Shown: in pieces, positions 1-7,018 of the stretch
How positions within the stretch are numbered: position 1 is the stretch's first letter
Layout: each line of letters begins with the position of its first letter
Origin: a virus
IMG/VR virus record: IMGVR_UViG_3300002293_000042
Direction: 5' to 3' (one strand)
Length of the DNA: 22,984 nucleotides
Made by a program: the position numbers and the translations under genes
The notes under the pieces: generated by a model
Seen by the model: the letters and a program-made list of their open reading frames with translations, nothing else
Database searches by the model: none
Told to the model about the DNA's origin: nothing

Positions 1-216
1 CGGAAATGGGAGGTCTTGATCGAGAGGGTTGGGTGGAATTACCTGATCCGGCAGGTTCTCGTATTGGATCGTGAGGACTACAAATTATATGATGTAACCC
101 TCAGACCCGAATGCATCAAGACGGTGAGGGAGAGGGTTAAGGGGTTCACCACCGGGTCCTCTGTTCTCTCATGGAATGATTTCATGGTTGAAATGAAGAA
201 TAAGGAGGTGATGTAA
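1..216 (+). CDS. Hypothetical protein, probably 5'-truncated by the window edge
   Basis: The frame is open from base 1 (RKWEVLIERVGWNY...) to TAA at 214-216. The track's TTG start at 16 is only the first start codon available. Confidence 0.6.
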   Translation, partial: RKWEVLIERVGWNYLIRQVLVLDREDYKLYDVTLRPECIKTVRERVKGFTTGSSVLSWNDFMVEMKNKEVM

Positions 217-217
217 T

Positions 218-364
218 ATGCCATTTATTGGTGTTCTTGTATCTGATGAGATATATGAGTTGATTAAGCGTGATGCTGAGGAAGAGGAGAGGAGCATCTC
301 CTCAAAGGTGAGGTACATAATAAAACAGTATTACCGTGATGAATTAGAGAAGGGGGATGAATAA
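218..364 (+). CDS. Ribbon-helix-helix (CopG/Arc/MetJ-like) DNA-binding protein, 48 aa, not in the ORF track
   Basis: My translation: MPFIGVLVSDEIYELIKRDAEEEERSISSKVRYIIKQYYRDELEKGDE. It shows the RHH pattern (alternating hydrophobic beta strand, helix, R-S-x-S, second helix). RBS AGGAGGTGA lies upstream, and the gene overlaps the next start. Confidence 0.85.
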   Translation: MPFIGVLVSDEIYELIKRDAEEEERSISSKVRYIIKQYYRDELEKGDE

Positions 365-1223
365 GATGAACATATTCAACATGCTCGACAGAGCAACCGA
401 GAAACTAAAGGAGATCAACCCTGAAACCGTTAAACTCGTCAAGAGAACCGTGACGGCTGATGCGACGGATGAGGAACTGGCCCTGTTCATGTACATGTGC
501 TACCGCTATAACCTCGACCCCCTATTGGGGGAAATCTATTTCATGAAGGCGGGGAAACACAGCAAACCCTCCTTCATAGTCTCCCGTGACGGATACCTCA
601 AAATAGCTATGAGCAACCCGGAGTATCAGGGCCTCAACTCCTTTGTCGTGAAGGAAGGGGATGAATTCGAGATTGATGCCGAGAAAGGAACAGTAAGGCA
701 CAGGTTCGGCACCAAGAGGGGTGAGATTCTTGGGGCATGGGCGGTGGCCTACCGGAAGGGCTTCAAACCCCAAATCGCCTTCGTGGACTTCAAAGAATAT
801 TTTAAACCTAAAAGTCAGGCTTGGAAGGAGTACCCGTCAGCGATGATCCAGAAAGTAGCCGAAGTCTTCGTGCTAAGGCGACAATTCAATATAACCGGGG
901 TGGTTGCGAGGGAGGAGATAGACACTAAACTACCAACCCCCACCGCCCCGCCAACGATAACTGAGACTGAGAGGGAGGTGGTGCTTGAGGGTATCGGATC
1001 CACAAGGCCCGAGCCACAGGCGGAGGACAGTGACACTCCTAAGTTAAAGATAACCCTAACCCCTGCTAATAGGGATCTTGCGATGGCCCTTAAAAGGGAA
1101 CTTGAGGACAAAGGGGAACCGGTGAATGGTGAGAATATTTACCGCCTCGCTAAGAAGAAGTTTGAAGAGGGGGAATTATCAAAGGAAGATTTTGACAGGA
1201 TAAAAACGGCCACAACCGGCTAA
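357..1223 (+). CDS. bet: Bet/RecT-family single-strand annealing protein (start 357 or 366)
   Basis: Motifs ATDEELALFMYMCYRYNLDPLLGEIYF, VSRDGYLKIA, GAWAVAYRKG and WKEYPSAMIQKVAE...LRRQF match the Bet/RecT family. A Pro/Thr linker is followed by a small helical C-terminal domain. Confidence 0.85.
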   Translation: MNKMNIFNMLDRATEKLKEINPETVKLVKRTVTADATDEELALFMYMCYRYNLDPLLGEIYFMKAGKHSKPSFIVSRDGYLKIAMSNPEYQGLNSFVVKEGDEFEIDAEKGTVRHRFGTKRGEILGAWAVAYRKGFKPQIAFVDFKEYFKPKSQAWKEYPSAMIQKVAEVFVLRRQFNITGVVAREEIDTKLPTPTAPPTITETEREVVLEGIGSTRPEPQAEDSDTPKLKITLTPANRDLAMALKRELEDKGEPVNGENIYRLAKKKFEEGELSKEDFDRIKTATTG

Positions 1224-1235
1224 TGGGAGGTTAAA

Positions 1236-3824
1236 ATGATGGATCTCCTAAACAATCTTTTTTCCAGGGAGGGCATACCAATCGTCCCCTTTAATGCTAA
1301 GGGGGATGTGGCGGATAAAAACTGGAGGCTACTCACTGAAAAAACACAGACCACTAAGGATCTGCAGTTGATTCAGGAAAAGCACCCGGGGGCTGGCCCG
1401 ATTCTTGGAGTTAAAGACCTCCGCATGGTTGAATTCACAAATCCCTTCATTTATACTTTATTCTTACAGAGGTTCCCTGAGTTAAGGGACTCATTCACAG
1501 TTAGAACAAATGACACTATACGTCTTTTTGTTAAGAGTGAGAACGGGGTTAAGGCTGTCCCAAGTATTGGTTTGGGGGTTAAGGTTCATCAGCAGGGCCC
1601 CGTGCAGGCGTTCGGGTTGAAGGATGAGGGTGGCTTCACCGTCATCGAAACCCGGGGGGATAAACTGGTAGAGTACCCCCACCTTATCCGTGAAATCTCA
1701 GGGTGGATCTGGGAGGTGGAGGAGAAGCACCCGTGGTTGTTATGGCCCTGCATCCAACGGTTAATGAGCAAGAAGAAGTTCAGCAGGAACATCATCAACC
1801 CGATCCTCAACCTCATCCTACATTATGATCCGGAGGCGGATGAGAACCTCGCCATCTCATTCTTCGAGGACTGGCCCTCCTTTAATGAGGAGATTGTGAG
1901 GAGGGCGTACCGGGAAACCCGTGAACTGATCGAATCCGATGAACTGAAACCACCGACCTGCAAGTACCTCAGAAGGAATGCGGGGATGAAAAAGAAGTCA
2001 TGCCTCGACTGTTCAAGGCCCGATGAAATCCGTAAGGATGAGTTCACCCTTGAGAGGATCGAATCACTCTTCAAGGATAAAGGGAGGAGGATCCACCACG
2101 GCCAGTACTTCGACCCGGATAACGGCCTCATCTATGCGAGCCGTCTACCCGGATTCGATGAAATTGCAGTAGTAACTAAGGAAGGGTTTTTCAAGGGCTT
2201 ACCGGCGGATTATGAGGGCCCCAAAGGTGATGCCTACATCATCGAGGGACATACAGCCCCACTATTTGATTCCACAATTGAGGACATGCTCGCCGTGGCC
2301 AAGATGACACAGGAACCACACCCCGAATTAACACTATCATCAGTCTATGATGAAGTCCTATTACGTGTCGTGAACCACTACCTTGAACTCAGAGACCCAC
2401 GTGAAGCGATGATACTCGCCCTCTGGATCATCGGAACCTACATGAGGCAACTCTTCATATGGTACCCGTACATCACCTTTTATGGGTTGAGGGATGTGGG
2501 GAAATCCACCGCCCTATCAGTCCTCAGCCACGTCTGTTTCGATGGTGGGGGTGTGATTAGCGGATCAGGGACAGAGGCCACCCTCCTTCGTTCCGCCGAG
2601 TCCAGTAAGGGCCTCAGGGTGATCGACCACTACGAGGTCATAAGGAAATCCAAGGACAAGAAACAAGTCTATGAGCAGTTCCTTGAGAACGCATGGCACC
2701 TGCATACTGTTGCTGAGAGGACCAATGCTAACACGATGGAGGTTGAGAGGTTCAGGATCGCCTCCAGTGTCGCTGTGGCCTCCCGGTACATTGACAACGT
2801 CCTCGAGGAGAAGGGTATCGTGTTTACGATGGTTGACAGTGCTGATGAAGACCTGAAGAATCGTAGCAGTGAGATCGATACTGACCCGTTTTTCAAGGAT
2901 ATCCGCCGACGCCTGATGTACGTCGCACTACAATATGCTGGGAAGGTTTTCATGAAGTATCATGAGATCCCGGAGGTGCCTGGCCTGTATGGTCGTGATA
3001 GGAACAAGTTCAAACCGTTACTCGCCCTCGCCCTCATCCTTGAGGAGGAGGGGAAATCCGGCCTCTTCGATGAGATAGCGGATTATGGTGTGGAATACAG
3101 GTTAGCAAGGAAATCTGAGGTTAAGGATTTGGAGGAGGCCTTGCTTATGTGTATCATTGAGAATGATCTTGCCAACACCACGTATTCTGAGTTGATGGAT
3201 TACCTGGAGGATGCTGGTTTTGATCGTGTGCACTGGCAGACCATCCGCTCCGACCTCAAAAAATTGAATATTGGTTTTAAAGCATATAAGGGTGTTTCTC
3301 AGAGATCCGCCACTGTTTATGTTGATTTGAGGAGGGCGAGGGAACGTGCCATCCAGAGGGGTCTTATTAAGCCAGTGAATGGTTCTGATGAGGATTCAGG
3401 GGATGATGAAAGTGTGGATGAAAACCCCCACGAAACCCGTGTAAATACACCAACCGATATAGATGAAACCATTGAAGAACAACCAAAAAAAAGTGAAACC
3501 GGGGGGTGGAGTCTGTGGGGTTACACCGAGGAAACCACAAAGGACACTGAATCATCTGGGGGCCCGGCCCTGTTAACCGATGAACCCCCCAACATCCGGA
3601 AAACCGGGATGGGTGAGATTGAAAAGAGGATAATCAAGGAACTCCAAGACCCTGACGACCCACGGCTCGGCACAGGGGTCGGTTCCCTCACACGCCGGGT
3701 CTCAACTGACTTAATGGTTGATGTTGAGGATGTCAGGAAGGCCCTCATGAAACTTATGAGGGAGAGGGTGGTTGAGGAGCCGGTGATGGGGTACTATAAA
3801 CTTGTGGAGTACACGGAGTGGTGA
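1236..3824 (+). CDS. Multidomain replication protein: Prim-Pol-like N-terminus, PriL-CTD-like Cys cluster, P-loop helicase-like domain, acidic linker, C-terminal winged helix
   Basis: GIPIVPF...KNW...TVRT N-terminus. WPCIQRLM...FNEE...PPTCKYLRR...CLDC cluster. Walker A GLRDVGKST and Walker B-like RVIDHYE. GRDRNKFKPLLALA segment. C-terminal LMKLMRERVVEEPVMGYYKLV. Confidence 0.75.
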   Translation: MMDLLNNLFSREGIPIVPFNAKGDVADKNWRLLTEKTQTTKDLQLIQEKHPGAGPILGVKDLRMVEFTNPFIYTLFLQRFPELRDSFTVRTNDTIRLFVKSENGVKAVPSIGLGVKVHQQGPVQAFGLKDEGGFTVIETRGDKLVEYPHLIREISGWIWEVEEKHPWLLWPCIQRLMSKKKFSRNIINPILNLILHYDPEADENLAISFFEDWPSFNEEIVRRAYRETRELIESDELKPPTCKYLRRNAGMKKKSCLDCSRPDEIRKDEFTLERIESLFKDKGRRIHHGQYFDPDNGLIYASRLPGFDEIAVVTKEGFFKGLPADYEGPKGDAYIIEGHTAPLFDSTIEDMLAVAKMTQEPHPELTLSSVYDEVLLRVVNHYLELRDPREAMILALWIIGTYMRQLFIWYPYITFYGLRDVGKSTALSVLSHVCFDGGGVISGSGTEATLLRSAESSKGLRVIDHYEVIRKSKDKKQVYEQFLENAWHLHTVAERTNANTMEVERFRIASSVAVASRYIDNVLEEKGIVFTMVDSADEDLKNRSSEIDTDPFFKDIRRRLMYVALQYAGKVFMKYHEIPEVPGLYGRDRNKFKPLLALALILEEEGKSGLFDEIADYGVEYRLARKSEVKDLEEALLMCIIENDLANTTYSELMDYLEDAGFDRVHWQTIRSDLKKLNIGFKAYKGVSQRSATVYVDLRRARERAIQRGLIKPVNGSDEDSGDDESVDENPHETRVNTPTDIDETIEEQPKKSETGGWSLWGYTEETTKDTESSGGPALLTDEPPNIRKTGMGEIEKRIIKELQDPDDPRLGTGVGSLTRRVSTDLMVDVEDVRKALMKLMRERVVEEPVMGYYKLVEYTEW

Positions 3825-3830
3825 TACAGG

Positions 3831-4082
3831 ATGTCCAAGACGCTTGACAGGTTCAAGAAAGCAAAACGCCTGAAGGTCAAACTGCTCGGTGAAGTCGATG
3901 AAGGCCTACTATTCGAGGTGCAGGGTTCTAATGGGCCCTACACTGTACTCTTGAACCCGCAAGGGGTGTCCTGCAACTGTAAGGATTACGAGTACAGGTC
4001 ACTCACAGCGGATGGGTACAGTTACATTTGTAAGCACGTCTGGGCCGTGATGATTCATATCTCTAGTGGGGGCTGGTTATGA
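3831..4082 (+). CDS. SWIM zinc-finger protein
   Basis: Y-x-V...CNCKDYEYR...CKHVWAV matches the CxC-xn-CxH SWIM signature. ATGA overlap with the next gene. Confidence 0.85.
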   Translation: MSKTLDRFKKAKRLKVKLLGEVDEGLLFEVQGSNGPYTVLLNPQGVSCNCKDYEYRSLTADGYSYICKHVWAVMIHISSGGWL

Positions 4083-4822
4083 CTGAGGATAAGTCAACTT
4101 TAATTAATACTTGTGTAATATGCGGTTACAAGACCAACACCCGCCACGTCAAAGGGCAGGGCCACACATGTATTCAGTGTATCAGCGATGATGACCTTGT
4201 ATTCTGTGATCAATGTGGGGAGTACCATAAATTCAAAGATTTCCCCGTTAAAGCGATTCGTAAGAACGGGCTGATAATCCGCAGGAGGATCTGTAAAGAC
4301 TGTTACAAACTCAAGGGGGAGAACACAGTATCCATCTGCAAGAAATGTGGCCGTCACGCATCCCTCAGACTCGTAAAAGACAAAGGGACGATCTGCAATG
4401 ATTGTATCAAGGATGATGACCTTGTGTTCTGTGAGTCATGCAGAGAATTCAAGCCATGGGTGGGGTTCCCATTACGTGAACAGACGAAGGGGTACCGGTG
4501 GAGGGTCTGCAAGGAATGTAAGGATAAGGGGGCCACCGTACGTTACAACCCATTCAATGGGGCCATATACAAGACATGTGGCTATGGTTCTAAACGGAAA
4601 GGTTCTAAGAGAAAGAGGCTTCCATTGAAGACGAGGCGACTGCTCAGCAGATACAAACACGCCGTCCACGTGAACAACGGGACAATGTACATTGACATAG
4701 ACTTTGCTGTGAGGTTCATGAACGACCCCCACCTGCAGGCACCAAAGTTGATAGAACTCTACCACCACTTAATGGGGGGTAAATGGTTCATCACACCCAA
4801 AAATAGGGGGGATAACCATTAA
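4079..4822 (+). CDS. Cys-rich protein with two tandem 8-Cys zinc-binding modules and a non-Cys C-terminal domain
   Basis: Eight CxxC pairs in two approximately 65-aa repeats sharing CxxCG...R-x-VK...CxxCIxDDDLVFCxxC...F...RxCxxC. Confidence 0.8.
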   Translation: MTEDKSTLINTCVICGYKTNTRHVKGQGHTCIQCISDDDLVFCDQCGEYHKFKDFPVKAIRKNGLIIRRRICKDCYKLKGENTVSICKKCGRHASLRLVKDKGTICNDCIKDDDLVFCESCREFKPWVGFPLREQTKGYRWRVCKECKDKGATVRYNPFNGAIYKTCGYGSKRKGSKRKRLPLKTRRLLSRYKHAVHVNNGTMYIDIDFAVRFMNDPHLQAPKLIELYHHLMGGKWFITPKNRGDNH

Positions 4823-5564
4823 TCTTAAAAAAAAGTTTGGGTTCTGTGATAACTGTGGGAAGAGGACGGTTGTGAGGCTCGTGAAAGACAGGGGGTGGCT
4901 GTGCACCAAGTGTATCGCAGATGACGACTATGTGTTCTGCCCGAGCTGTAAACGATACAGGAGGTGGACTGATTTCAAGGAATACGTTTACGTCCATGGT
5001 GGTAGGAGCCGGTACCATGCCTGCAAGTCATGTCATAATCCGAAGTCGGGTGGTGATGGGTACGGGTACTGTGAAGAGTGCGGGAAACGTACAAGGCCCC
5101 GCCTAACCGGGGATGGGAGGCTCGTATGCATCACCTGTCTACCCGTAACGGGGAGGGTTCTCTGTCAGGGTTGTGGGGAGTTCAAGGATGTCACAGAATT
5201 CCGAAGGGTTCACAACCAATTATTGGGGGTATCAAGGATGAGGATCTGCCCTGAGTGTGAGAGGAACCATATCCCTGTCCGGATAAACCCCATCACTTTT
5301 AGGCGGAAGATGATGGAGAACAAAGATGAAAGCAGGGAGGGGTTGGAGTATCATGAGGATGTGCCGGGTCTTGACGGGCTTTATAACATTGATCTCCTCA
5401 TACAGGATGGGGTTATCAGCAGGGAGGGTGATGAGTACCGTCTTAGTGTGAGGTGGGCGTTGAGTATTGTCTCTGAGACTTTCATCAGCGACCCGGTCGT
5501 CAGAGAGATACGTGAGAAGATCCTGTCCGGCGACTTCTGTTTCCATAATAAACTCAAAGATTAA
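4818..5564 (+). CDS. Paralog of 4079-4822 with two 8-Cys modules; probable non-canonical ATT (4818) or ATA (4812) start; track start is GTG 4872
   Basis: The frame is open from 4773. The first CxxC (FCDNCGKR, 4842-4865) lies upstream of the GTG at 4872. GGGGG at 4806-4811 precedes ATA-ACC-ATT. From ATT the protein is 248 aa versus 247 aa for its paralog. Confidence 0.75.
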   Translation: MNLKKKFGFCDNCGKRTVVRLVKDRGWLCTKCIADDDYVFCPSCKRYRRWTDFKEYVYVHGGRSRYHACKSCHNPKSGGDGYGYCEECGKRTRPRLTGDGRLVCITCLPVTGRVLCQGCGEFKDVTEFRRVHNQLLGVSRMRICPECERNHIPVRINPITFRRKMMENKDESREGLEYHEDVPGLDGLYNIDLLIQDGVISREGDEYRLSVRWALSIVSETFISDPVVREIREKILSGDFCFHNKLKD

Positions 5565-5610
5565 AACCCCCCACCACAGAAAGAACCATTTTTTTCACTG
5601 TTTTTTATAG
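5565..5610 (+). terminator. Archaeal oligo-T terminator ending the replication block
   Basis: C-rich stretch followed by T7 (5589-5595) and T6 (5601-5606) just after the stop at 5564. Confidence 0.6.
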
Positions 5611-5624
5611 TCAAGGGGGCCCCC

Positions 5625-5680
5625 CATCACTTTTATATTATCACCGCACAGATAATATTATTAATCTCAAAATATTATGT
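5625..5680 (+). promoter_or_regulatory. Putative TATA-box promoter with two palindrome-like AT boxes
   Basis: TTTTATATTA at 5631-5640 in the only sizeable AT-rich gap between the early and late blocks. Perfect palindrome ATAATATTAT at 5652-5661 and a 9/10 copy at 5669-5678. Confidence 0.5.
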
Positions 5681-6098
5681 GGGAGGTTTGGTCTGCCTGA
5701 AGAAGAAGAGGAAGTGCAGGTGGTGTGGCCTCGAATTCACACCCAACAGGCACAGGAAATTCTACTGTTCTGAACACTGCAGGTTGGAGGCCCGCCGTGA
5801 GAACCAACGCAACTGGGCTTACAGGAAATACTACTCCTATTATCGCCTCTTCAAATATAATCTTGATTTTGTTGACACCGTTGAGGAACCATTGAACAAC
5901 CCCCATATACGGGTCTGCCCGGAGTGTGAATCAACCAACCTCTTTTTCGACCGTAAACGAGCCGAAACCACATGCAAAGACTGTGGCTTGGTCCTATACC
6001 ACCCCTACCCTTATGCTTGGTATATAAGAGTTATTTACCCCCATACCAAACCACACCCCCAAGTGAAGAACAGGGAACACCACCTTTCCTGTCGATAA
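5679..6098 (+). CDS. Two-zinc-finger protein: treble-clef-like CxxC...YCSxxC plus a TFIIB/TFB-type zinc ribbon; putative transcription regulator (start uncertain, GTG 5679 or TTG 5688)
   Basis: CRWCGLEF...KFYCSEHCR, followed by a basic helix. CPECESTNLFFDRKRAETTCKDCGLVL (5916-5996) matches the TFB N-terminal ribbon pattern CPxCGSxxLxxDxxRxExxCxxCGLV. Confidence 0.75.
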   Translation: MGGLVCLKKKRKCRWCGLEFTPNRHRKFYCSEHCRLEARRENQRNWAYRKYYSYYRLFKYNLDFVDTVEEPLNNPHIRVCPECESTNLFFDRKRAETTCKDCGLVLYHPYPYAWYIRVIYPHTKPHPQVKNREHHLSCR

Positions 6099-6119
6099 CA
6101 TATAATAGAGGTGGTGTTA

Positions 6120-6272
6120 ATGATAACTGAACGAAACGAAACAATAGCAATACTAATCCTTGGAGTCCTCGGAGCACTCTCCATGTACAAAGGAAACACG
6201 GAACTCGCATCAGTCGTTGTCGGGGCCATCGCCGGGTACATAACACACAACATCACAGCGGAGGAAAACTAA
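6120..6272 (+). CDS. Small two-transmembrane protein, holin-like, 50 aa, not in the ORF track
   Basis: My translation: MITERNETIAILILGVLGALSMYKGNTELASVVVGAIAGYITHNITAEEN. It has two hydrophobic segments with a K-G turn. RBS GAGGTGGTG at 6108-6116. The next gene starts 3 nt after the stop. Confidence 0.75.
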   Translation: MITERNETIAILILGVLGALSMYKGNTELASVVVGAIAGYITHNITAEEN

Positions 6273-6274
6273 GA

Positions 6275-6544
6275 ATGGCCCCAGACAGGAACAGCACCAA
6301 AAACCATGAATGCCTCAGAAACAAAGACTTCAAGGACTACTACGCATTCAAAGAATCCATTCTGAAATTCATGGGGGGGAAGGAAGTGACGAACGGCTAC
6401 ATAAACAACGAATTCAAAGAACTCAACCAGAGACTCGACGACCTCGAGAACAAACTATACAAACTCATATTCCTATTCCTCACAGTAGCAATAACAAACC
6501 TGTCCTCAATGATCATCATGATGATAAACATGCTAAAACCCTAA
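6275..6544 (+). CDS. Coiled-coil protein with C-terminal transmembrane helix
   Basis: Heptad FKELNQRLDDLENKL followed by hydrophobic LIFLFLTVAITNLSSMIIMMINML. Confidence 0.7.
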   Translation: MAPDRNSTKNHECLRNKDFKDYYAFKESILKFMGGKEVTNGYINNEFKELNQRLDDLENKLYKLIFLFLTVAITNLSSMIIMMINMLKP

Positions 6545-6571
6545 AAAAATCAAAAGGAGGGTGAACATCCC

Positions 6572-7003
6572 ATGCCAAGACGCAGCAAACTAACACCCGA
6601 ACTCCAAGCCAGAATCTGCAAATACATCGAAGAAGGCTACACAATCGAACAAAGCTGTGCCCTCAGCGGAATCGGAGTCAGCACCTACTACCGATGGCTC
6701 GAAAAAGGCAGGAAACACAAAAGAGGCAAATACCGGGAGTTTTGGGAGGCAACCCAAACCAGTGAACAAATCGCCGAAGCCAAAATACTCCAAACAATCC
6801 TCCAAACAGCCAAAAGCGACCCCCTCAAAAACATAAAAGGCGACTGGAAAGCCGCAGCATGGTACCTTGAACGAAGAAAACCAAAACGCTGGGCAAAAAC
6901 CGAAAAACTACAACAAGACATAAAAGCCGATGTTAAAAAGACTGAACTGCAGGTTGACATTGAACAGGCCAGGAAATACTTTGAGGAACTTGAAAAGGAA
7001 TAG
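6572..7003 (+). CDS. terS: Terminase small subunit
   Basis: N-terminal HTH (SKLTPE...IEEGYTIEQSCALSGIGVSTYYRW), WKAAAWYLERR motif, and position directly before terL. Confidence 0.85.
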   Translation: MPRRSKLTPELQARICKYIEEGYTIEQSCALSGIGVSTYYRWLEKGRKHKRGKYREFWEATQTSEQIAEAKILQTILQTAKSDPLKNIKGDWKAAAWYLERRKPKRWAKTEKLQQDIKADVKKTELQVDIEQARKYFEELEKE

Positions 7004-7018
7004 AGTGGGGAACCGGCA

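Noticed and set aside
6310-6564. 84-aa alternative-frame ORF overlapping the coiled-coil/TM gene
   Set aside because: A by-product of the extreme A/C bias, since few T means few stops. The 6275-6544 frame has the coherent protein features.
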